From: Eubacteriales bacterium
GTDB taxonomy: Bacteria > Bacillota > Clostridia > Oscillospirales > CAG-272
Reading direction: 5' to 3'
Assembly (NCBI GenBank): GCA_034101145.1
Contig: JAXEKG010000002.1
Span: 81,981-145,980, forward strand
DNA: 64,000 nt
Positions 1 to 8,869 of the stretch are shown here, in pieces. The notes beneath the pieces were generated by a model. The model saw nothing but the letters and a program-made list of their open reading frames with translations. It had not been told where the DNA came from and made no database searches. How positions within the stretch are numbered: position 1 is the stretch's first letter; the number at the start of each line of letters is the position of its first letter. The position numbers were made by a program, and so were the translations under genes.

Positions 1-1257
1 CGGAAAATTGAGTGCGTTGTGATGATATTTTCTGTAACACGGATCCTTGGCTATATAATCGTAAAAATCATTGGCAAAGCCCATGTTCCACTTCATGTTG
101 AAGCCGAGTCCTCCGTCTGATACGGGATGCGTTATACCGCCGAAAGAGGTGGATTCCTCAGCTATCATAAGCGCATCGGGATACTTGGCGAAAACCGCCG
201 TATTCAACTTGCGCAGGAAAGCTATAGCCTCAAGGTTTTTATTGTCACCGTATATATTAGGTATCCATTCGCCCGGTTCTCTGTCGTAGTCGAGATACAG
301 CATTGACGATACCGCATCCACTCGCAGGCCGTCCACGTGGAATTCATTCATCCAGTAAAGCGCTCCGGAGATAAGGAACGACTGCACCTCTTCTCTTCCG
401 ACGTCAAAATATCTGGTTCCCCATGAACGGTTCTCCTGCCTGTCCTTACCCTGATACTCGTAAAGAGGAGAGCCGTCGAATTCGTAAAGGCCCCATTCAT
501 CCTTTGGAAAATGTGCCGGTACCCAGTCAAGAATAATACCAATTCCCATCTCGTGACACTTGTTTACGAAATAGCGGAAATCGTCAGGTTCTCCGAATCT
601 TGAGGTAGGAGCAAAATAACCGCACACCTGATAACCCCACGAGCCATCGAATGGGTATTCAGTCACAGGCAGAAGCTCGATGTGCGTATACCCCATCGAC
701 TTAACGTACGGAATCATCGCATCTGCCAGTTCTCTGTACGATAAATACGAGTTATCCTCATGCCTCGCAAATGAACCCAGATGTGCCTCATAGATATTAA
801 GAGGAGTGGACATGTACTTTCCGTTTACGGAACAAACGGTTTTTCTTCTCATTTCGAACCATGCGGTATCAGTCCACTCAAATTCCGAATCGTGACATAT
901 GACCGACGCTCCGTCTGCGCCTCCCATAGACAGAAACGCATAAGGATCGCCCTTCATATGTACTCCGTTTCTGCCCTTGATTTTGAACTTATACTTTCGA
1001 CCGTTGAGCGGTTCTTCGCTCTCTACTACCGCCTCGTAGATGCCTGACGAGGATTTTCTTACCATCGGAACTCCGTTTTGCCAATCGGCAAAATCTCCGA
1101 CGAGTGAAATCGCATATGCTCCCGGCGCCCATGTGCGGAATACGTATTCGTATTTACCGCCTTTTTTACTCATATGACAACCGAGCAGCTTATATGCCTC
1201 GTAGTTTGTTCCCTGATGAAAAAGATACTCTCCCAAGTCCTTGTTTTTTGTCTTCAT
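1..1257 (-). CDS. glgB: 1,4-alpha-glucan branching enzyme (GH13); 3' end outside window
   Basis: My own translation of the minus strand from ATG 1257 gives MKTKNKDLGEYLFHQGTNYEAYKLLG... It carries the branching-enzyme blocks GYTHIELLPV, DWVPAHFPKD, HVDGLRVDAV and MIAEEST. The frame is open to the left edge, so it is absent from the ORF track. Confidence 0.9.
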   Translation of the reverse strand, partial: MKTKNKDLGEYLFHQGTNYEAYKLLGCHMSKKGGKYEYVFRTWAPGAYAISLVGDFADWQNGVPMVRKSSSGIYEAVVESEEPLNGRKYKFKIKGRNGVHMKGDPYAFLSMGGADGASVICHDSEFEWTDTAWFEMRRKTVCSVNGKYMSTPLNIYEAHLGSFARHEDNSYLSYRELADAMIPYVKSMGYTHIELLPVTEYPFDGSWGYQVCGYFAPTSRFGEPDDFRYFVNKCHEMGIGIILDWVPAHFPKDEWGLYEFDGSPLYEYQGKDRQENRSWGTRYFDVGREEVQSFLISGALYWMNEFHVDGLRVDAVSSMLYLDYDREPGEWIPNIYGDNKNLEAIAFLRKLNTAVFAKYPDALMIAEESTSFGGITHPVSDGGLGFNMKWNMGFANDFYDYIAKDPCYRKYHHNALNFP

Positions 1258-1327
1258 CGCATTACCTGTAAATACTGACTTTACGAAATATATTATTGAC
1301 ACGCATATATAATATATTCTTATCTAT

Positions 1328-1356
1328 ATTTTAACATTAAGAATATAATATGTCAA
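1328..1356 (-). promoter_or_regulatory. sigma-A-type promoter for glgB
   Basis: The minus strand reads TTGACA (1351-1356), a 17-nt spacer ending in TGt, then TAAAAT (1328-1333). It lies about 70 nt upstream of the glgB ATG. Confidence 0.6.
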
Positions 1357-1371
1357 TAGAAAAACATAGGC

Positions 1372-2040
1372 TTAGGATGACATTTGATAATCATTCTGCA
1401 TATTTTGTTCTTTAATCAACAGTTTTACATATTTCTTTTCTCGCAGTATTATCAATTTGATTTTGAAAATACCGAAAAGCGAATGGTAAAGTCTCCTTAT
1501 GAAAGTATATATTGGCATGCAGATTAAAGAAAACAGTTTTGATAAAACAAACTTTATCGGTTTTATCAAAAACCTTTTTACCGTGCCAAACGCAAAGGAA
1601 ACCGTAAAAATTACTACCTTTCTTACTGCATTTATTATTTTCTCCGATAAAAGCATAACAAGTCTGCCAACGGTAAAATAATAGGAGAAAAAACCTATTA
1701 TAGCACCGATTGCCATAAAAGCTCTGAACCTCCCGTCGTTTGCATAAAAAACAAAAACGGAGAAAATCGCTCCGCACAGCGACAAAAAAACAATATCTCC
1801 GAGCGAGGTAACAATGTCTCCGATTCTTATTTTTATTTTTCCGGACGACATATGCTCTTTTGACTTGTTTGTCTTTTCGCCCGATACATTATTTGATGCC
1901 TTACTCTTGGTTTTTTTATCCTTTTTTTCAGGTCTCATAAGTCTCAATATGCGAAGCAAGTCGTACATCGCTCCGAAAAATGTGCCCAGAGCGATGGAAA
2001 GAACAAATATCGCGCCCATTGCGCGCATTGATACTTCCAC
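1372..2040 (-). CDS. yabQ: spore cortex biosynthesis protein YabQ-like membrane protein
   Basis: A multi-TM ORF starting 1 nt after the yabP stop. It shows the YabQ-like pattern MYDLLRILR...GDIVF...ANDGRFRAFMAIGAIIGFFSYY. The start is GTG 2040 or ATG 2028. Confidence 0.75.
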   Translation of the reverse strand: MEVSMRAMGAIFVLSIALGTFFGAMYDLLRILRLMRPEKKDKKTKSKASNNVSGEKTNKSKEHMSSGKIKIRIGDIVTSLGDIVFLSLCGAIFSVFVFYANDGRFRAFMAIGAIIGFFSYYFTVGRLVMLLSEKIINAVRKVVIFTVSFAFGTVKRFLIKPIKFVLSKLFSLICMPIYTFIRRLYHSLFGIFKIKLIILREKKYVKLLIKEQNMQNDYQMSS

Positions 2041-2041
2041 T

Positions 2042-2323
2042 TTATTTCACCCATTTTGAAAAGAAGCCGCTTTTTTTGTTTCCCGTATCGGTGTAATATA
2101 GAGCATTTATTTTTCCGGAAACGCAAACGTCTCCGGAGTCAACCGACAGTTTCGTTACCGAGAGTCCCTCTCCCTCTATTGTCAGTCTGCCCATACTCGT
2201 TTCAAGGGACACCGTATCCTCGTCAAAGTTGTTTACGAGTTTTACCCCACAGATTGCAACGTCTGTTCTGCCGTTCATATTCAACGAATGTTTTTTTTCC
2301 GTTCCGCCAATCTCACCCTGCAT
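2042..2323 (-). CDS. yabP: sporulation protein YabP
   Basis: The track start at 2338 is GTG. ATG 2323 has GAGGAGG 6 nt upstream. The ~93-aa product is YabP-like (GRLTIEGEGLSVTKLSVDSGDVCVSGKINALYY) and is followed directly by yabQ. Confidence 0.85.
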   Translation of the reverse strand: MQGEIGGTEKKHSLNMNGRTDVAICGVKLVNNFDEDTVSLETSMGRLTIEGEGLSVTKLSVDSGDVCVSGKINALYYTDTGNKKSGFFSKWVK

Positions 2324-2479
2324 AACTTTCCTCCTCACGCACTATGAATATTTTCATTTTTATCCGTTTAACATACAATGATACTCTTTACTTGCTTCGG
2401 TTTGCGCTTATTAATGTTATTACATTATATTCGCAAAACCGCCGAATATACCGCATGATTTTCAAAGAGCTTTTCAGAA

Positions 2480-2505
2480 CAAAAAGAAAAGGCGCATGCG
2501 CCTTT
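2480..2505 (-). terminator. intrinsic terminator after the hup-S4 gene pair
   Basis: The minus-strand RNA folds as AAGGCGC-AU-GCGCCUU, followed by UUCUUUUUG. It sits 21 nt downstream of the S4-protein stop. Confidence 0.7.
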
Positions 2506-2525
2506 GAGAAGTCTCGGCATCGGAA

Positions 2526-2771
2526 TTATTCCGAAATAACCTCAAACATTCCCTGTGCATCCGCCTTTTTAGTACTTTCCTTTAATTCAAGAACTCTGAC
2601 CTGCAACGAGCGCTGTCCGAACGTAACGGTGATGATATCGCCGGGTTTTACGTCGTACGATGCTTTTGCGGGTTTTCCGTTTACGGCAACGTGAGATGCG
2701 TCGCACGCATCGTTTGCCACCGTTCGCCTTTTTATGATTCTTGATACCTTCAGGTACTTATCAAGCCTCAT
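2526..2771 (-). CDS. S4-domain RNA-binding protein (YabO/HslR-like)
   Basis: An 81-aa ORF beginning [19 protein letters not shown], which is S4 alpha-L fold sequence. It occupies the yabO-equivalent position upstream of yabP. Confidence 0.8.
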   Translation of the reverse strand: MRLDKYLKVSRIIKRRTVANDACDASHVAVNGKPAKASYDVKPGDIITVTFGQRSLQVRVLELKESTKKADAQGMFEVISE

Positions 2772-2783
2772 TGGATTTTATAA

Positions 2784-3053
2784 TCAAAGTTCGTTCTTCA
2801 GAGCAGCTGATGCCGAGAAGCTGACGCTCTTGGAAGCTGCAATCGTTATCTTCTCGCCCGTTTGGGGATTGCGTCCTTCTCTTGCGGCTCTTTCTTTTAC
2901 ATCAAAAGTTCCGAACCCTACGCACTGAACCTTATCGCCATTCTTAAGCGCATCTGCAATAGCCGTGAAAACTGCGCTAACTGCTGCATCAGCCTCTTTC
3001 TTTTTAAGTCCGGTTGCATCTGCGACAACATTTATAAGTTCTGTCTTATTCAT
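2784..3053 (-). CDS. hup: DNA-binding protein HU
   Basis: An 89-aa ORF, MNKTELINVVA...GFGTFDVKERAAREGRNPQTGEKI, carrying the HU/IHF signature. AGGGG lies upstream of the ATG. Confidence 0.95.
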   Translation of the reverse strand: MNKTELINVVADATGLKKKEADAAVSAVFTAIADALKNGDKVQCVGFGTFDVKERAAREGRNPQTGEKITIAASKSVSFSASAALKNEL

Positions 3054-3089
3054 TTTACATACCCCTTTTTTAATTTATTTTTATAATTC

Positions 3090-3118
3090 ATGATAACATA
3101 TATTTTGCAATATTGCAA
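3090..3118 (-). promoter_or_regulatory. sigma-A-type promoter for hup
   Basis: The minus strand reads TTGCAA (3113-3118), a 17-nt spacer ending in TGt, then TATCAT (3090-3095). Confidence 0.55.
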
Positions 3119-3159
3119 GCATTTTTTGCTAAAAAACACAATTTTTTTACGGAAAAAAA

Positions 3160-4017
3160 TCATTTTTTGTCGATTTTAACAATTTTCCATACGTTTTTAA
3201 GTTCATCAGGCGTACATTCTTCAACTTTTTGACCGTTGTTTGCAACAACCTCTTCCAGCATTTCCATCCTCGAAATGAACTTGTCCGTTGCAAATTTCAG
3301 ACTTTCCTCCGCGTTTACTCCGAGCTTGCGAATATAATTCACGGCGGCAAAAAGGAAGTCTCCGCACTCGGCAACTCTCTCCTCCTCGGTTTTTGCAAGA
3401 CGAATCTCTTCGAGCTCCTCGAATATCTTGTCCATAGCCTCACGCTCTGTCGGATAATCGAACTTCATTTTTGCGCATCTTGAAGAAACGCTCTGTGCCC
3501 GCATAAGTGCAGGATACGTTATCGGCACTGAATTCAGTCGTGATTTAAGCGTATCTCTCTTCTTTTCCTTATTTTTAATTTTATCCCAATTTTCGAGTAC
3601 TTTATCCGCGTTTTCCGCATTTTCATCGGAAAATATGTGTGGGTGACGGTGGACGAGCTTTTTACAGATTCCGTCAGTGACGTCATCTATATCGAACCTT
3701 CCCCTCTCTTTTTCGATTTGCGCGTGAAAGACCGCCTGCAAAATAACGTCTCCGAGTTCCTCGCACATATGCTCCGGGTTATCTTCATCGATTGCCTCCG
3801 CCGCCTCATATGCTTCTTCTATCAGTCCCCGACGAATGCTTTTATGCGTTTGCTCTCTGTCCCAAGGGCATCCGTTTTCCGAGCGTAATATAGTCATTAT
3901 TTCGCACAGGTCGTAAAACGTGTAGTTTTTCTTATCCGAGAGCAAACGGGCTCTCTCTTTCGTATCATCGCTCTCGCTTACCGTTATATTCTCTTTTTTG
4001 CCACAGGTCTTTTCCAT
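3160..4017 (-). CDS. mazG: MazG-family nucleoside triphosphate pyrophosphohydrolase
   Basis: Tandem MazG cores are present: CPWDREQTHKSIRRGLIEEAYEAAEAI, ELGDVILQAVFHAQI and GDFLFAAVNYIRKLG. The ATG has AAAGGAAG upstream. Confidence 0.85.
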   Translation of the reverse strand: MEKTCGKKENITVSESDDTKERARLLSDKKNYTFYDLCEIMTILRSENGCPWDREQTHKSIRRGLIEEAYEAAEAIDEDNPEHMCEELGDVILQAVFHAQIEKERGRFDIDDVTDGICKKLVHRHPHIFSDENAENADKVLENWDKIKNKEKKRDTLKSRLNSVPITYPALMRAQSVSSRCAKMKFDYPTEREAMDKIFEELEEIRLAKTEEERVAECGDFLFAAVNYIRKLGVNAEESLKFATDKFISRMEMLEEVVANNGQKVEECTPDELKNVWKIVKIDKK

Positions 4018-4124
4018 ATAAGTTCTTCCTTTTATGTTGTCTTTATTTAAGTTACGTTTATTTATATTTATTCATTACAACTATTGTTTTTGACGCAATG
4101 AGAAATCGATGGGATGACCTTACT

Positions 4125-5780
4125 TCATTTAATCAATTTCAGCCTCATAAGATACCTGCTTATCTTATCTCCAAACGGGAGTTTTTCGACATCTTTTGCG
4201 TATATACAACCAAATGCGAAGATAAGAGCAATATACGATACTGCAGCAAGTATTATTGCAAAAATAACGGCTACGGAATTACCGTAAACTGAAAGAAAGG
4301 TATACGTTCCCCACGCAACACAACAGGCAAGCCCGGAGCATACAAACGGTTTTAACAAAACCTCTCGTGCTGAAATGACAACGCCCGTATATTTGAACAA
4401 AAAATACATATTGAAAAGCACCGTTACCGCATAGAACAGAAGCGTGCTTATCGGCGTCCCGACGGCACCTATTCTCGGCACGAGAATACATACCGACGCT
4501 ATTTTCACGGCAAGACCTGCAAGCATTGATATAATCGGCTTTCCGGCCCTTCCGTGAGCCTGGAGCACGGCACTGCTTACCGCAAGAATACCTATGAAAA
4601 AAACGGCTATTGCAAGCACCCTCAGAAGTCCGCCGGCATTCTTTGCCATATCGATATCACCCCTGAACACAAATTCAAGTATCGGAGAGGATAATACACT
4701 GAGGCCGAGGGCACACGGCATGGCTATCAGCGAGGACGTCCTGAGTGCAGAGTCCGACACCTCGCGTACCGCTCTTCTGTCATTCGCAACGATAGCCGAA
4801 GAAATAAAAGGTATTATGGCACAGGCTATCGGATATATAAGAATACTCGGTAAATTAAAAAGCGTTATGGCACCTGTAGAATAATCCGAATATACAGCTT
4901 TTGCATATGCCCTGTCGTGACAGTATATTTCAAGAAGAGGTCGCATAAACTGCGAATCTATCAAACCCGACATACTTATTACGGCGGAGGACAGAGCAAT
5001 AGGAACGGAAACGCGAGCAATATCGTAGATTATTTTCCTTTTGCCGACCGTCTTTTCGTTTCCGCAGGAATCCACGTGTAAAAGTCCTTTTTTTGAATAT
5101 ATCGGCAACGCTATTGCAAGATAAAGCGCGCCCAGTCCCATTCCGACAGATATCCCGAGAACGGAAAACGCCGCCGCCCATTCAATGCCGAGGTTAAGCA
5201 CCTTAAGCGCGATATATGCAAAAGAAAGCCCGAGCAGCATTTTTGAAAATGACTCGATAATCTCAGATATTGCAGTGGGAGTCATTATCTGAAAGCCCTG
5301 AAAATACCCGCGAAATACGCTTATCATACATACGAAAAACAACGCAGGTGCTATCGCACACATACAAAGAAACGAGTCCCCACCCGAATTTTTTGCGGAA
5401 ACGAATCTCGCCCCTATAAGCATTGCAATCGTGAGCACGAAGCCTATCAGAGTAAGAAAGGATAATGCGGTGGAAAAAACTTTTTTCACTCGCATCGAAT
5501 ACCCCTTCGCGCGACTCTGAGATATTAACATTGCGACGGCTGACGGTATCCCGGCTGTGGAAACAACGAGCAGGGTCGCATATATTGAATATGCGGTGTT
5601 CACGTTTGCCATTTCATCTCCGAGAATACGGTTCAACGGCACCTTATAAAGAAAGCCGAAAACCTTAACGGCTATGTTGGCTACAGTAAGAATAAGGACG
5701 CCGGATAAAAGCATCCCCCTGCTTTTCTTTACCGTTTCCTCGGCTAAGGAATGATTGATATTATCCGGCTTTCGGTTCAT
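4125..5780 (-). CDS. MOP-superfamily flippase (YabM/SpoVB/MurJ-like)
   Basis: A 551-aa protein with about 14 predicted TM segments. It sits where yabM lies next to yabN (mazG) in Bacilli. AGGAG precedes the ATG. Confidence 0.75.
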   Translation of the reverse strand: MNRKPDNINHSLAEETVKKSRGMLLSGVLILTVANIAVKVFGFLYKVPLNRILGDEMANVNTAYSIYATLLVVSTAGIPSAVAMLISQSRAKGYSMRVKKVFSTALSFLTLIGFVLTIAMLIGARFVSAKNSGGDSFLCMCAIAPALFFVCMISVFRGYFQGFQIMTPTAISEIIESFSKMLLGLSFAYIALKVLNLGIEWAAAFSVLGISVGMGLGALYLAIALPIYSKKGLLHVDSCGNEKTVGKRKIIYDIARVSVPIALSSAVISMSGLIDSQFMRPLLEIYCHDRAYAKAVYSDYSTGAITLFNLPSILIYPIACAIIPFISSAIVANDRRAVREVSDSALRTSSLIAMPCALGLSVLSSPILEFVFRGDIDMAKNAGGLLRVLAIAVFFIGILAVSSAVLQAHGRAGKPIISMLAGLAVKIASVCILVPRIGAVGTPISTLLFYAVTVLFNMYFLFKYTGVVISAREVLLKPFVCSGLACCVAWGTYTFLSVYGNSVAVIFAIILAAVSYIALIFAFGCIYAKDVEKLPFGDKISRYLMRLKLIK

Positions 5781-5796
5781 GGCAAATCTCCTAAAT

Positions 5797-6762
5797 CTAT
5801 CCGAGAAATTCGTGATATACCGATTCTCTCGGCATATATTCCGCTTTAATCAGCGGTAAACACCTGATTTTCTTTATGATTTCCTGAGCTTTGCCGTAAT
5901 ATTCGCTTTTTTCGTCTATACCTTGAAGAATAGACGTAAGATACGGTTTTATCATTGATATTTCATACGGAAGAAGCGAGTTTATTTTTATATCGCATAA
6001 ATCCTTATACGGGAAAATATTCTTTTCTTCGTTTTCACGAACACTTTCCCATATTGCAAACGTAAATTCGGGAGATGAGTTTCTGAATTTATAATCTCTT
6101 ACAAGCCTGCGGAAAAATCTTATTTCGTCAGGCTCGAACACCTCGCCGCAAACGGAAAGTGAATCCTCTACGGATACGTATACGCTAAAATGTTTGCGAC
6201 CGTCAAATAGCGCCGTTACCTCCGGATATACGGCCTGTATCCCTTCAAAGAGAAAAACGTCGTTTTCCGATATGTCGTACACCTTCTCACCGATTCTTTT
6301 GCCCGCGGTAAAGTCAAATCTCGGTATTGCAACTCTCTCACCCGAGAAAATTCTGTCTATTGCAAGTCCGAGCGCGGATATATCTATCGACTTTACCGAG
6401 TCGAAGTCGGGAAGTGAGTTTTCCTTTTTTGCCACCGAGAGAAGTTCTTCCCTGTCGCGGTAAAAATCATCTATCGATATAACGTGAACACATTTTCCGA
6501 GAGCGTTAAAATCATTTACTATTTTTCTTGCGGTAGTTGTCTTTCCCGAACAGGACGGGCCGGACAACGTTATTATTCTCTCCCCCTCCGAGGCGGCTAT
6601 CGTTCCGACGGCCGTATCGAGTGCCGCTTCATAATCCGCCTCACAGGATAAAACATATTTAATTTTATCTTCTTCGTCGATAAAAAAGTCTTTTCCCTCT
6701 TTCACTTTGACTCCTTCATGGATTGAAAACCTGTTTGATTTATTTTCTTTTACCGTCATCAT
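5797..6762 (-). CDS. uridine kinase/phosphoribulokinase-family P-loop kinase with N-terminal extension
   Basis: It has the P-loop LSGPSCSGKTTTARKI, plus ISIDDFY and RRLVRDYKFRN. The track start 6774 is TTG, and the only ATGs (6762, 6759) overlap the hemZ 3' end. Confidence 0.6.
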   Translation of the reverse strand: MMTVKENKSNRFSIHEGVKVKEGKDFFIDEEDKIKYVLSCEADYEAALDTAVGTIAASEGERIITLSGPSCSGKTTTARKIVNDFNALGKCVHVISIDDFYRDREELLSVAKKENSLPDFDSVKSIDISALGLAIDRIFSGERVAIPRFDFTAGKRIGEKVYDISENDVFLFEGIQAVYPEVTALFDGRKHFSVYVSVEDSLSVCGEVFEPDEIRFFRRLVRDYKFRNSSPEFTFAIWESVRENEEKNIFPYKDLCDIKINSLLPYEISMIKPYLTSILQGIDEKSEYYGKAQEIIKKIRCLPLIKAEYMPRESVYHEFLG

Positions 6763-8260
6763 TTTCGGAGACAAAGAATGCGAGTATTTTTTCTCTCAAT
6801 GCAGCCTCTCTGTTGCCTACACCCGCATCATCCTTTGCCTCACGTAGATATTCATATGGATATTTCGGAGCAAATATGCGATGTATTTTTTCATTTACCC
6901 CCTGATTATGCACGAGTTTTGTTACTGACCCTGCTCCGACGGCGAAAATAGGATGTATTTCTTCCATCATGAATATGTTATAATAACCCTCATGCCCCTC
7001 ACGCGCATAGCCCACGTTTTCGAGATTTCCTACGGTGTTTTTCTGCTTATATATGTAATACGGCTTATATCCCGTCAGCTTCGTTTTCAACTGTGAATAC
7101 TCGACGCATTTTGCCGTATCATCATTATGCGGAGAATATATGTTAGTGTTGCTTCTCAGAACGTCGGAAGCCTTCTTTACACAGAAGGTATGCACGGTAA
7201 TGTTAGTAGGAGAAAGCTCCGTTATCCTGTCTACGGTATTTGAAAAGTTATGATAATTATCACCCGGCAGACCCGCAATTATATCCACGTTTATGTCTCG
7301 TATGCCGGAACGTCTCGCAATATCATAGGCGGAGTAGAAATCATCGCACGTATGTTTTCTGCCGATAATCCCGAGAATTTCGTCGGATAGCGTCTGCGGA
7401 TTTACGCTCACCCTGGTAACCCCATGGGCTTTGGCTATTTTAAGTTTCTCCTCCGTAATAGTATCAGGACGTCCGCTTTCAAGAGTAAATTCCATAAGAG
7501 AGGAAACATCAACGCATTTTTCAACGATTGACAACAGTTTCTCCAGCTGAAAATTGTCGAGCACCGTCGGCGTTCCGCCTCCTATGTATATTGTAGCGAG
7601 TTTAAGCCCCGTCTCATTTATTATGCGTACCATAGACTCAATGTCGGAGCATAACACGTCAAGATATTCGTCGATGAGAGAAAGAAGTTTATGTGAGGTG
7701 TAAGAAACGAACGAACAGTACGCGCATCTTGATGGGCAGAAAGGTATTGATATATACATACTGCAAAGATTCGGTTCGAGCTTCTTCAGCAGCTTTGCCT
7801 CGTTTGATGCCACAGATACCGCAAGCGCCGCCTTCTTCGGGTTGGTAAAATACTCGTCTCGTAAAATACGTTTGGTCTGCAATATACCGAGTCCGTCAGA
7901 TAAGTACTTGGCGGCGGTTTTTGCGGGTCTTATGCCCGTCAGTATTCCCCAGGGCGGCGTATATCCGAGCATTGATTTACCCGCATTGAAAAGAGCATGT
8001 CCTGCGGCTATTTTCGACAAATCCGCTCGGCTTGAGCACATGGAACGCACCGCAACGTCTCTGCCTATACTGACAGAGTCTCCTATTTTGATTATAACCT
8101 GTGCGCTTACCTCGCTGTCGAGGTCAATAACGGTAAACGTTATCTCGGGATTCTCCGGAGAGCGCGCCTCCTTCTCTCCGAACGTTGCCCCCGGGAAGAA
8201 AAGCATACAAAGAGTCTGAGCGTAATACCGATTAAGATTTCCGTTTATATTCAGTATCAT
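6740..8260 (-). CDS. hemZ: radical-SAM HemN-like coproporphyrinogen dehydrogenase family protein (HemZ-type)
   Basis: The 506-aa product carries the CxxxCxxC motif CPSRCAYCSF and GGGTPT. Its ATG overlaps the dtd stop as ATGA. Confidence 0.8.
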   Translation of the reverse strand: MILNINGNLNRYYAQTLCMLFFPGATFGEKEARSPENPEITFTVIDLDSEVSAQVIIKIGDSVSIGRDVAVRSMCSSRADLSKIAAGHALFNAGKSMLGYTPPWGILTGIRPAKTAAKYLSDGLGILQTKRILRDEYFTNPKKAALAVSVASNEAKLLKKLEPNLCSMYISIPFCPSRCAYCSFVSYTSHKLLSLIDEYLDVLCSDIESMVRIINETGLKLATIYIGGGTPTVLDNFQLEKLLSIVEKCVDVSSLMEFTLESGRPDTITEEKLKIAKAHGVTRVSVNPQTLSDEILGIIGRKHTCDDFYSAYDIARRSGIRDINVDIIAGLPGDNYHNFSNTVDRITELSPTNITVHTFCVKKASDVLRSNTNIYSPHNDDTAKCVEYSQLKTKLTGYKPYYIYKQKNTVGNLENVGYAREGHEGYYNIFMMEEIHPIFAVGAGSVTKLVHNQGVNEKIHRIFAPKYPYEYLREAKDDAGVGNREAALREKILAFFVSENDDGKRK

Positions 8261-8763
8261 GACCTGTCTCCTTTACCTTTATCTTCACCTTCGGCAGAAT
8301 TACCTTTGCCGCGATGTTTCAGCTTTGCGGAATCAACGACTATTGTAATCGGTCCGTCACATTCGCAATTTATTTTCATATCCGCGCCGAAAACACCGTT
8401 CTCCACCGAACCTATTCTGTCTTTCATAAGTGAAACGAACAATTCATACAGCGGTTTTGCCGCATCGGGTTTTGCGGATGAAAGAAAATCCGGTCTGTTA
8501 CCGTGAACGTAGTTCGCTCCGAGAGTAAAATTCGATACGACGAGTGCTCCTCCGCCTACGTCGGTCACCGACAGATTCATTTTTCCGTTTTGGTCCGAAA
8601 AAATTCTCATCTTTGATATTTTATCTGCCAAAAGAACGGCGTCTTCTTTACAGTCTGTATCCATAACTCCGAGAAGTATAAAAAGTCCGCATCCGCATCT
8701 GCCCGAAATTTTTTTATCGACATACACCTCTGCGCTCTTAACTCTTTGAAGTACTGCTATCAT
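8257..8763 (-). CDS. dtd: D-aminoacyl-tRNA deacylase
   Basis: The sequence MIAVLQRVKSAEV...VVSNFTL...DGPITIVVDS is a Dtd fold. A ~20-aa charged C-terminal tail is added. Confidence 0.9.
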   Translation of the reverse strand: MIAVLQRVKSAEVYVDKKISGRCGCGLFILLGVMDTDCKEDAVLLADKISKMRIFSDQNGKMNLSVTDVGGGALVVSNFTLGANYVHGNRPDFLSSAKPDAAKPLYELFVSLMKDRIGSVENGVFGADMKINCECDGPITIVVDSAKLKHRGKGNSAEGEDKGKGDRS

Positions 8764-8869
8764 ATTGTTTATATCCTTTTATATCGGCGAAATATTGATG
8801 ATGCGCCCGAATTCTATGCGGTTTTACGCAGGGAAACAACCTTTCGTTAACGTAACAGTTTACAGCCGA

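Noticed and set aside
1314-1346. A 9-10-bp inverted repeat ATATTCTTA...TAAGAATAT overlapping the glgB promoter.
   Set aside because: The arms are almost pure A/T in an AT-rich spacer and there is no flanking U tract, so chance is a sufficient explanation.
6740-8260. The radical-SAM enzyme considered as a possible RiPP maturase or novel modification enzyme.
   Set aside because: Its length and motifs fit HemN/HemZ. No small precursor-peptide ORF, transporter or protease accompanies it.
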